A DNA stretch of 62,792 nt, filler included. It is 6 parts of 6 records of this genome, joined end to end, with 100 filler letters (N's around TTAATTAATTAA, not from the genome) between each part and the next. Parts side by side here need not be neighbours in the genome. Positions count along the whole stretch, not along the records: positions 7,718 to 33,711 come from SRR31156797_6324; 5 more parts are not named here. The stretch is one strand, 5' to 3'. This document shows positions 9,407-17,692 of the stretch, piece by piece. The translations under genes and the position numbers were made by a program. A model generated the notes under the pieces. The model saw only the letters and a list, made by a program, of their open reading frames with translations. It searched no databases and had not been told where the DNA came from. Numbering within the stretch: the stretch's first letter is position 1; each line of letters begins with the position of its first letter.

Positions 9407-11989
9407 TTAGAATTTAAAGTTATAGGTAATAGATGGTACAAAGGTGAACAGATAGGTTTTCTCAGCTTTCATAACATTCGGATTGTCGTCATCTTGAGTA
9501 AAGCTAATGTACCATGGATTTTTTCTGCCATAAGCATTGTAAAGAGAGAAATTCCATTCTCCTTCCCACTTGCGACCAGGTTTCTTTTTACCTTTTAAAG
9601 TTAAAGCTAAATCCAGGCGGTGATTATCGGGCATCCGATATGAATTTCTATCAGAATAGATTTTTATTAAAGATCCCTGATATTCTGCACGTCCAACTGG
9701 ATAAGTTACAGGAGAACCTGTAGAATAAGTGAAGTTAGCTGATATTGTGGTTCTTTTTGTGAGCTTATAACTTAAAGCAGCTTTTATATTGTGCGGTACA
9801 TCATAAGGAGATCGATAAGATTTTCCATTATTAATACCTTCCATTGTTCTTTTTGTTCTTGACCAGGTATAGCCAATCCAACCCTGTAATCGGTTAAAAC
9901 TAAGATTTGTTGTGAATTCAAAACCATAGGCTTCTGCTGATCCTGTCCTCAATTCACCTTCTAAGTGCTTGTTTAATAATAGATCTGCAAAATCTTTAAA
10001 ATCAATGGCATCGTGCATCTTTTTATAATATCCCTCCAATGACATTTCAATGGTGTTGTCGCGGAAATTTCTAAAATAACCAACTGCAAACTGATCGGAT
10101 GTTTGAGGTTTTACATTTGGCGATGCAGGAAACCAAACATCTAAAGGCAAACCACCAGTAGAGTTTTGAGTCAATTGCATGTATTGAGTTGTTCTGGAAT
10201 AACTCATTTTAATCGATGAAGTTGGACCAACTGTATACTTTAATCCAAAACGTGGTTCCCAATTGGTATAGGTATTAAAAATATCTCCCTTTTTGTAGGT
10301 AGTAGAATCAACAACATTATAGTTTTCATCAAAATCATAAACAGTGCCCTTACCAACATTGTTGAACATGCTAAAGCGCAAACCGTATTTTAAGGTTAGG
10401 CGATCGCCAATTTTTTGTTCATTTGAAATGTACAATCCTTCTTCTAAAGCATTGGATTCGTTTACGCGATAGTCTGAAAATAAAGATTGTTCACCCAAAC
10501 CAAAGGCATGACCTGGTTCTAATTTGTGATAGGTAAATATCCCACCAAATTTGATGTTGTTATTGGCATTCAGAAAGTAGTTGAAATCCAGTTTAGCTGA
10601 ATAATCTTCCATATTCGATTGCCATTTGAAAGCATCAGCACCTAATCTGTTCGATAGTTCGTAATCGTATTTACTATATAGAAAGGTCGTATTGGAAAAT
10701 AATTTGTTTGAAAAAAGATGATTCCATCGTAGACTTACTGTTTTATTTCCATAGTTCAATTCATTTTCATTACTCTTGAATTTATCTTTCCCAAAATAAG
10801 TAGAAACAAAAAGTCTGTTTTTATCATTAAAACGATGATTGATTTTAGCATTAACATCGTAGAAGTAAACGGTATTGTCTTTTACATCTTCATCCGAAGA
10901 TAGCTTTAGGAAAAGATCGGCATAGCTTCTTCTACCTGATAGCATAAAAGAAGTTTTTTCATTCTTTCCGATAGGTCCTTCCAAAGTCAATCGTGAAGAT
11001 ACGGTTCCAATGCCACCATTACCACTAAATTTTTTACTGTTTCCATTTTTCATTCTGATGTCAAGAAAAGAGGATAGTCTACCACCAACACTGGCAGGAA
11101 TATCTCCCTTGTAAAGCTTCATATCGCTTAATGCATCGTTATTGAAAATAGAGAAAAAGCCAAGTAAGTGAGAAGCGTTGTAAACAGGAGCTTCGTCGAG
11201 AAGCAAAAGGTTTTGATCCGGATTTCCACCACGAACACTAAAGCCACTTGAGCCTTCGGCAGCAGGTTTAACACCGGGAAGCATTTGGACAGCCTTAATT
11301 AGGTCAACCTCACCCATTAAGGCTGGTAACTTTTTTATGGTTGAAGCAGGTATTTTAACCACACTCATTTCTGCTCTTTCCACATTACTTGCAGCTGCTT
11401 CACCTCGTACAACAACTTCCTGAATCTGTAAATTGTCAGCAGCCAATTCAATATTCATGCTTTTATTGTCGGTTATTTCCAGCATTTGAGTTTGTGTTTT
11501 TGTACCCAAAAAGGAATAACTAATCGTGTAATAACCAGCCGGAATACTTAAGGAGTAGAATCCATAAGGATTGGTGATGGTTCCTTTTTTCAGTTCCTTG
11601 ATGTAACAAGCAGCTCCAATAAGATCTTCTCCATTATTTGCATCTTTAATGTATCCGCTAATGGTGACAGTTTTAGGAGGTATTTTTTTAAAAGCGATTT
11701 GATTGCCAATAATCTTGTACTTAACTTGCAATTGTAAGCTAATTTTATCTAGAATTACACTAAGCTGATAGGATTTTTTACCCAGGTAAACTTTCTTTTT
11801 ACCTAAGTTATTATTCCCAGGATAACTCGCATTTAAACCCGTTTGTTTTTGTATCAATTTCATCAAATCTTCGAATGTGTAATTCTCCTGATTTGTTTTA
11901 ATGACATGTATGTCTTTAGATTGAGACATCACTGTATTCGCCCCAAATAGTAAGAATAGTATTGTAAGGGGAAGAAATATATTTTTCAT
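9407..11989 (-). CDS. TonB-dependent receptor with N-terminal STN-like and CarboxypepD_reg-like domains
   Basis: 'TISGYIKDANNGEDLIGA', plug 'VRGGNPDQNLLLLDEAPVYNASHLLGFFS', C-terminal 'YNFKF'. Confidence 0.92.
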   Translation of the reverse strand: MKNIFLPLTILFLLFGANTVMSQSKDIHVIKTNQENYTFEDLMKLIQKQTGLNASYPGNNNLGKKKVYLGKKSYQLSVILDKISLQLQVKYKIIGNQIAFKKIPPKTVTISGYIKDANNGEDLIGAACYIKELKKGTITNPYGFYSLSIPAGYYTISYSFLGTKTQTQMLEITDNKSMNIELAADNLQIQEVVVRGEAAASNVERAEMSVVKIPASTIKKLPALMGEVDLIKAVQMLPGVKPAAEGSSGFSVRGGNPDQNLLLLDEAPVYNASHLLGFFSIFNNDALSDMKLYKGDIPASVGGRLSSFLDIRMKNGNSKKFSGNGGIGTVSSRLTLEGPIGKNEKTSFMLSGRRSYADLFLKLSSDEDVKDNTVYFYDVNAKINHRFNDKNRLFVSTYFGKDKFKSNENELNYGNKTVSLRWNHLFSNKLFSNTTFLYSKYDYELSNRLGADAFKWQSNMEDYSAKLDFNYFLNANNNIKFGGIFTYHKLEPGHAFGLGEQSLFSDYRVNESNALEEGLYISNEQKIGDRLTLKYGLRFSMFNNVGKGTVYDFDENYNVVDSTTYKKGDIFNTYTNWEPRFGLKYTVGPTSSIKMSYSRTTQYMQLTQNSTGGLPLDVWFPASPNVKPQTSDQFAVGYFRNFRDNTIEMSLEGYYKKMHDAIDFKDFADLLLNKHLEGELRTGSAEAYGFEFTTNLSFNRLQGWIGYTWSRTKRTMEGINNGKSYRSPYDVPHNIKAALSYKLTKRTTISANFTYSTGSPVTYPVGRAEYQGSLIKIYSDRNSYRMPDNHRLDLALTLKGKKKPGRKWEGEWNFSLYNAYGRKNPWYISFTQDDDNPNVMKAEKTYLFTFVPSITYNFKF

Positions 11990-12094
11990 GTGATTATTAT
12001 TTCTTTTTATTTGCCACATGGAACTCCCGATGAATTGTACCTATTCCTTAGTATTAAATATGGAATGGTAAAATTCATGTTCGTTTCATGTAAA

Positions 12095-13042
12095 TTATTT
12101 TAGTAGGATATATTCTTTATTTTTTTCGATTTCAAGATCCAGTGAAAAGGAAATAGATTCAAGTATATGATCTAAATCCAGATCTTCGAATGTTGCAGTC
12201 ATTAATAGTTGTGGGATATGATTGCCTTGCATCCTGATATCAATATTATATAGCTCTTTTAAATCATTACAGATTAATTCTAATTTCTCATTTTGATACG
12301 ATAAGTGTTTTATTTTTAATTGGTGATTGCCTGATTGTTCGCCTTTTAATACTACTTTTTGCTTGGCAATATAATTTGCCATATCACCTTTCACCAGTCT
12401 AACTTTGTTCCCCGGATCATCAATTTGCATGAATTCCACAATACCCGATTCAACCGTAATAGAGGTTTTGCTACTATTTTCCGAAATTCGAAATGATGTA
12501 CCCAACACTTTTGTTTTAGTCAGACTGGTGGTGATAATAAAGGGTCTGCTTTTGTCTTTTGCTACATCGAAAAAAGCTTTTCCTGTTAATTTTATAGTTC
12601 TATTGTGTTCTGAAAAATTCTTTGGATAAGAGATAGTTCCACCCTGGGCCAGTAGGATTTTTGTTCCATCTTCTAAATTCAAAACCTTATCAAGATTTGT
12701 ATTGTTCTTCACCAAAATTTGGTTCGAATCTCCATTAAATACGAAAAAAGAAGTGATACTAGTTGCAATTATTATGGCAATAAGCGCAGCATATCGCATC
12801 AGTTTTCTAATGTGAAACTTTTTTGATGCTGCCTTCTTTTTCTGTAGTTCAAGCAAAGCTTTTTCCGAATCGAATACTATCTGTTTAGATTTTATTGATT
12901 TGCAATCCCAGTAAAATTGAAGCTCTTCGAAGTATGCTTTATTTTTGGGATCATTTTCTATCCATTTTTTTATCGCCTGTTTTGTTTGTTCATTACATGT
13001 TTCATTTAAATAATCAGTGAGTAATTCGGTATTAATTTTCAT
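12095..13042 (-). CDS. fecR: FecR-family anti-sigma factor
   Basis: 'LEDGTKILL...LTGKAFFDVAKDKSRPFII...VLGTSF' with a single TM segment. Confidence 0.88.
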   Translation of the reverse strand: MKINTELLTDYLNETCNEQTKQAIKKWIENDPKNKAYFEELQFYWDCKSIKSKQIVFDSEKALLELQKKKAASKKFHIRKLMRYAALIAIIIATSITSFFVFNGDSNQILVKNNTNLDKVLNLEDGTKILLAQGGTISYPKNFSEHNRTIKLTGKAFFDVAKDKSRPFIITTSLTKTKVLGTSFRISENSSKTSITVESGIVEFMQIDDPGNKVRLVKGDMANYIAKQKVVLKGEQSGNHQLKIKHLSYQNEKLELICNDLKELYNIDIRMQGNHIPQLLMTATFEDLDLDHILESISFSLDLEIEKNKEYILLK

Positions 13043-13140
13043 GACCCTGAATTTTAATTGCAATTTTTATAGAGTAAAACCATTTATTCTTTTGAAATAT
13101 AGATGGTGAAAGAATCCCGGTAAATCCTTACTCTATAGGT

Positions 13141-13167
13141 AAGACAGCCAAAATTCATTTACCCCTA
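13141..13167 (-). promoter_or_regulatory. Candidate ECF-sigma promoter for the fecR-TBDR operon
   Basis: Minus strand TAGGGGTA-N13-TGTCTT, between the ECF sigma gene and fecR. Confidence 0.4.
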
Positions 13168-13232
13168 TTCAAAATTTTTTTTTTTAGAATAAAAAATTGT
13201 AGTTGTGATGAACTTGTTGGTTATGAGGAGTG

Positions 13233-13778
13233 TTATTTCCTTCTTGAAAATAGAAAATAAATCAGTAAATCAGATTTATTCAATTGAGCTCTCAATTTTT
13301 TTAAGGCAGAGTTCATCTGATTTTCAATGGTTTTTTTTGAAATATTAAGAGATTCTGAAATTTCGTTGTAAGTCATTTTTAGGTTGCGTCGCATGATGAA
13401 CACTTCGCGACAACGTGGAGGTAGATTGTCTATTGCTTTTTCAACCTTAATTTTAATGGCAGATAGATTTTGTTCCCGGTTCAGTTCAAAAGATGTGTCG
13501 ATAGGATCTTCTATTTCCTCAATCGGAAGAATCGATTGTTGCATCTTTTTCTTTATCTCATTGATACTGGCATTTTTTACAGCACGATACAAATAGGAAG
13601 ATATCGAACTGTTGATATTGGGGTTCTTGTCCCAAATTTTAAGAAAGATTTCCTGAACCAAATCTTCACTCAAATCCTGATCAGAAAGTAAGGAATAGGC
13701 ATAATTACACAAAGGAGAGTAGTACTCTTTGAAGCAAGTTTCAAAATCAATGTCCTTAGTGGGGGTGGATATTTGCAT
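13233..13778 (-). CDS. ECF RNA polymerase sigma-70 factor
   Basis: 'EDLVQEIFLKIW', 'YLYRAVKN', 'LPPRCREVF', 'ISKKTIENQM'. Confidence 0.92.
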   Translation of the reverse strand: MQISTPTKDIDFETCFKEYYSPLCNYAYSLLSDQDLSEDLVQEIFLKIWDKNPNINSSISSYLYRAVKNASINEIKKKMQQSILPIEEIEDPIDTSFELNREQNLSAIKIKVEKAIDNLPPRCREVFIMRRNLKMTYNEISESLNISKKTIENQMNSALKKLRAQLNKSDLLIYFLFSRRK

Positions 13779-13883
13779 TTCTAATTCTCCTTTGAATTTT
13801 TCAAAAATAGAAATATTATCCAATTAATTGGTGAGAATAAATGTGAAGAAACGTTAATCTTTATTTTAGGAAAGAGTGGGCAT

Positions 13884-13912
13884 AAAAAAACCTCCGCGTT
13901 TTGCGGAGGTTT
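13884..13912 (-). terminator. Intrinsic terminator of hpf
   Basis: AAACCTCCGC-gtttt-GCGGAGGTTT with a U-tract on the minus strand. Confidence 0.8.
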
Positions 13913-13922
13913 CACCCAGAGA

Positions 13923-14213
13923 TTATCTCTTGTCTTTATATCTTAGAATTTGGCTTCTTAATGCTTCAGTTACCAAATCTGTTGCTTCTTCGAATGTCTT
14001 GCTTTTCTTTTTGGCGAACAATTCGTTACCTGGAACATTCATTTTCACCTCAACCACTTTATTCTCTTTGTTACTTGCCTTGTCAACATTTAAAATTACA
14101 TCGTATGTAGTAACCTTATTCTCCAACTTCTCAAGTTTCTTCAATTTTTGGTTAATGAATGCTTCTAACTTCTCATCTGCCTTAAAACCTACGGATTGCA
14201 TTTTCATGTTCAT
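13923..14213 (-). CDS. hpf: Ribosome hibernation promoting factor (short HPF/RaiA)
   Basis: 'MQSVGFKADEKLEAFI...VPGNELFAKKKSKTFEEATD'. AGGAGG lies 7 nt before ATG 14213. Confidence 0.9.
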   Translation of the reverse strand: MNMKMQSVGFKADEKLEAFINQKLKKLEKLENKVTTYDVILNVDKASNKENKVVEVKMNVPGNELFAKKKSKTFEEATDLVTEALRSQILRYKDKR

Positions 14214-14650
14214 CACAATTCCTCCTATATTTGATATACACACGGGTGTATAAGTTAATATTCTGATAAATATAAACCGGTTTCTTTTCTTGCGCGTATG
14301 TTCAGCTTCGTTAAGCCTTTTCGATTAATCTTTGTACTTTGAAAGTACGCAAAAATTCTAAGTTTAGGAAACCAAACAAGCGTTTTTATTGAAGTTTAAC
14401 AAATATTAATTTTCAAAGTATTCAAAATAAGCCTACTAAAATTTTAAGTTTTTTAAATGTTAAAACTGTTGAGGAATTTTAACACTTGGATATACTGTTT
14501 AATGCCTATGATTACTGCTAAAACAACTGATATTGAGCTATTTTGTTTTACAAAATGATCACTTAGATGCAGATTTCATGATAAATATCAGTTTTTGTTT
14601 GTTTCTGAATTGTTAAATTAAAACATTGTTAAATCTTAAAACAGAAGAAG

Positions 14651-15118
14651 ATGCAAAAAAATGTATTTGATTTGGTTTTAACAGCTGAAGAGCTAACTCA
14701 GATTGATGGAGCTCTTGAAACACTTAACAATGTTTTGCTGCCTAAATTGGAGGTGCTTACCGGGAGTAAGAGAGACCTGCTGATTATGGGCGACAAATCG
14801 ATTGGTTTTGTAGATAAGGCTCATGAAGTAGCCCACCAGGAAACCGATTTGTTAGGTAGTTTTATTGATTTGGAGGCATTCGAACACGATGTGCAGGCAA
14901 TCGACAGTCTTCGTTCTATCAAGTACAAATTGAGTCAGCTGAATTCTGCTGTTGAAGATTCGTTCGCTGTGGCAGGCAGCGAAGCTTACAATGCATCATT
15001 AATGGTGTATAGTTTGATGAAAAATGCTGCCAAAATGGGACATCCCGGAGCTAAGGATATGGTAAGTGAGTTATCTGCCCGATTCCCAGGTCGTCCTAAA
15101 AAACAAACAGACGAATAA
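14651..15118 (+). CDS. Hypothetical 155-aa predominantly alpha-helical protein next to the 21-bp array
   Basis: Clean ORF with A-rich Bacteroidota-type start context and its own terminator. Motifs 'MGDKSIGFVDKA' and 'AGSEAYNASLMVYSLMKNAAKMGHPGA...RFP'. Confidence 0.85.
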   Translation: MQKNVFDLVLTAEELTQIDGALETLNNVLLPKLEVLTGSKRDLLIMGDKSIGFVDKAHEVAHQETDLLGSFIDLEAFEHDVQAIDSLRSIKYKLSQLNSAVEDSFAVAGSEAYNASLMVYSLMKNAAKMGHPGAKDMVSELSARFPGRPKKQTDE

Positions 15119-15144
15119 TACTCGCCTGCTTGATCTCTGTTAAT

Positions 15145-15175
15145 GAAAAGGGTACCACTGCACGGTATCCTTTTC
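15145..15175 (+). terminator. Intrinsic terminator after the 155-aa gene
   Basis: GAAAAGGGTACC-actgcac-GGTATCCTTTTC. Confidence 0.7.
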
Positions 15176-15279
15176 TCTTGTTACAATATCAGTAAAAGCA
15201 GGTGTTTTTCCAAAGATTCTGCCTATTCTTCCATTAACACTACTTCTGTTTATATAAAAGGATAGTACTTTGCCTGATA

Positions 15280-15744
15280 CATTAAAATATTGCTATACTA
15301 ATTATTCTAATGTGCTTGCTAAAGTTCAGTTTGGTAATTGATGAATACTTACTTTCTCTCGCTGATATATATAATATAGACTCTCACTTCAATATTCCTG
15401 TGTCTCATATTAAACATACTATCGATCACCTGCAAATTGTATTGCCCGACTTCCAATTTCCTCTTGGGGATAGCAAATTTTTTATTCGCGATAGTAAAAA
15501 AGATATCAAGAATAGAAAAGTAGATGTCATTCCATACTAAGTTTTCTATTGCTGATAGCAAGTTTGTAGTGGGACAATAGCAAATTGCTATACCTCCACT
15601 GAAATTTTCCTGTCAATGACGACAAAATTGCTATGCCTGCATATCTATTTGCATGTGCCGGATAGGAACAATGTTATTTGGGATAGCAATTTTGTATACG
15701 AAAAGCAGAAAACCCTGATGGGCCAGACTTCGATTCTGATTTAG
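15280..15744. repeat. Degenerate tandem array of about 22 dyad-symmetric 21(22)-bp units
   Basis: Unit starts are 15280+21n to 15511, then 15533, 15554, 15575, 15597, 15618, 15640, 15661, 15682, 15703, 15724. Manual counts: A2 21/22, A8 18/22, T11 17/22, T17 20/22. Consensus near GATAGCAAATTTGCTATC. Confidence 0.8.
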
Positions 15745-15802
15745 CTATTTAATGAACTTTACTTCGCGGGCAATGTCGCTGGTGAGTCTTGCCTGATGTA
15801 AA

Positions 15803-15920
15803 TAATAAGCTAATAAGGTGGTGAATATCCATAATCTTATACTACTAAGTTTTAAACCAATGAGTAAACCTTAGTAGAAAATAGATGCTGATGTGGGTAG
15901 AAGCTTATTAGCTTTAATTA
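15803..15920 (+). other. Long imperfect hairpin (~110 nt), possibly structured RNA or ssDNA
   Basis: AAGCTAATAAG/CTTATTAGCTT (15807-17/15904-14), TATCCATA/TGTGGGTA (G.U pairs), ATCT/AGAT and CTACTAAG/CTTAGTAG are nested. Confidence 0.6.
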
Positions 15921-16574
15921 CTAACCAGCTATAACAGGAGAAAGGAAATGTTGACGATAGTGATCAACTTTAAAATCTTGTACAGGTGTGGAAGAATTTA
16001 TGTATTTGTTTTTTACAGCTAAATATGATTTGGATCTTACGATTCCGGTATTAGCAGTACCTGATGGAGAATACAAAGCTGTTAGTTTAATCGGTCTCCC
16101 AAATATTTCCGACTCCAAAGCAACACCTCTGTTTTGTTTTATTTCTTTGGTTATTCTTAAGCCAAGTATATCTTGATAGAACAATTTAAATGCATTGTTT
16201 TTACCAAATCCACTTGTAAATAAGATTTCATCTATTTGAGATTCTTTAATCAGGTTAATTAAGTTATGATTTAGTTTTAAAGGAATTAGGTCTTTATCTA
16301 AAGATGAGTTATTTGTTCTTTCGCATTCAATAATAGTATCCGAAATCGAGATTTTATTTTCTGATAAAGTCTTTAGAATTCCTTCAACAGAAACTGGAAA
16401 TCCAATGCTATTGTCAAAAACTTCATTTAAGATATTCCATAAGCTCAATTTGTTTCCGTAGAAGAATGGAATTATGAATCTTTCATGATGATGAGGATGA
16501 ATTGTTCCTACAATTAATTTTTTACTTTCCTTATTAATAGGATATTTTCGTAAGTATTGATGTTTTGTAATCAT
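15921..16574 (-). CDS. Uracil-DNA-glycosylase-like (G:T/U mismatch glycosylase-like) protein
   Basis: 'KLIVGTIHP', 'FFYGNKLSLWNIL', 'SSLDKDL', 'ILFTS', 'LYSPSG' match UDG-superfamily motif positions. Confidence 0.65.
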   Translation of the reverse strand: MITKHQYLRKYPINKESKKLIVGTIHPHHHERFIIPFFYGNKLSLWNILNEVFDNSIGFPVSVEGILKTLSENKISISDTIIECERTNNSSLDKDLIPLKLNHNLINLIKESQIDEILFTSGFGKNNAFKLFYQDILGLRITKEIKQNRGVALESEIFGRPIKLTALYSPSGTANTGIVRSKSYLAVKNKYINSSTPVQDFKVDHYRQHFLSPVIAG

Positions 16575-16585
16575 TGTTTTGAGTA

Positions 16586-17542
16586 TTAATTTATCCAAGC
16601 TTGAATTTTGTCAATTAATTGCTTTTTGAATTTGCCTAGATCAGAATAAATAATGTGTGGATAATGATTGGTATCAAAATGTGTTTGCTTAAAATAATCT
16701 TCATGACAAGTATAGATTACGGGTTTCTTTAGCCCGAGAGCATATCCTGCTTCAAAATAAACACCATGTTTTTGTTCCGTAAAATCACCAATTAAGAATT
16801 TACTCTTCTTTATATTACTGATGATAGCATCATTAATGGTAACATCACTATCAACATGAATTTCATCAATTAAAATTGGTTTGTATCCACATTCAATAAT
16901 TGCATCTTTAAGCGTACTTCTTATTGCCTTTACTTCTTCAGAATCATTAAATGACATGGCGATGAAACAGTTTTTGGATTGTGTGCTATTTTCTTGAAGA
17001 TTGATGATGTACTCTAATCCTTTAAATGTGATACAGATATTCATCGCATTTGGTCCAGACATATCAGTGATATCAGTATATGACACAAGGCTCATATTTT
17101 TTAATGTACTTAGATAAAACCAATATTCTTCGTGATTTTTAAGGTATAACTTGTTTAGTTTCAATTCCCATTCCTGAATTGAGTTAGTTTCTAAATTAAT
17201 AACCGCGCCTTCATATTCTTGTTCATTGTATAAATACAATAAAAGGTTATCTAACTTTTCTTTGGGAGTTTTTGGAACTTGGGCTTCACGGATAGCTTTT
17301 TCAAGAACCTTATTATCAAAATAGGACTTTTCGAATGGGAGTATACCGTTAGTAAGTAAGCCTTTTAAGATGTATCGGTTTTCTTCTACAAATTTAGAGT
17401 TTTGATGATCGTAATGACAAATAAATTGTAATCTCTTACCATTGATTACTATTTGATATTCAATAGCATCAGTAGGGCTAGAAATATTAAGTGTTGGTAA
17501 ACCAGTAATAAAACATTTTTCTGGAGCTGGTCTCATTCCCAT
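16586..17542 (-). CDS. Nucleoside 2-deoxyribosyltransferase-like (NDT/TIR-like) domain protein with N-terminal winged-helix-like region
   Basis: 'CFIAMSF...AIIECGYKPILID...INDAIISNIKKSKFLIGDFTEQKHGVYFEAGYALGLKKPVIYTC...HFDTNHY'. Confidence 0.75.
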   Translation of the reverse strand: MGMRPAPEKCFITGLPTLNISSPTDAIEYQIVINGKRLQFICHYDHQNSKFVEENRYILKGLLTNGILPFEKSYFDNKVLEKAIREAQVPKTPKEKLDNLLLYLYNEQEYEGAVINLETNSIQEWELKLNKLYLKNHEEYWFYLSTLKNMSLVSYTDITDMSGPNAMNICITFKGLEYIINLQENSTQSKNCFIAMSFNDSEEVKAIRSTLKDAIIECGYKPILIDEIHVDSDVTINDAIISNIKKSKFLIGDFTEQKHGVYFEAGYALGLKKPVIYTCHEDYFKQTHFDTNHYPHIIYSDLGKFKKQLIDKIQAWIN

Positions 17543-17692
17543 ATCTTTAAAATTTAAGGGTTAATAAATGTTGAGTAGATAAATTTAACAAAACTCACCG
17601 CTAATCATTGCAAAAAAGACAATTAATAGTTAACATTTTAATAAGATATTTCTTAAATTGAGGAATACTTATGAAAAGGAGGACTATTTGTT

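Noticed and set aside
14609-14634. ATTGTTAAAT direct repeat before the 155-aa gene
   Set aside because: Only two AT-rich copies, 16 nt apart, and unrelated to the array consensus. Chance is plausible.
15310-15561. ORFs 15310..15540 (+) and 15349..15561 (-) as real heptad-repeat proteins
   Set aside because: They cover only part of the periodic region, the pattern is symmetric on both strands, and it continues through three frame-breaking +1 slips. A decayed gene is not fully excluded.
15280-15744. CRISPR or TIGR array
   Set aside because: There is no invariant repeat with unique spacers, the 21-nt period is too short, and no cas or Nop-domain gene is nearby.
15803-15937. Canonical integron attC site
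   Set aside because: The ends (AGCTAAT/ATTAGCT) deviate from RYYYAAC/GTTRRRY and there is no integrase. Kept only as an unexplained hairpin.
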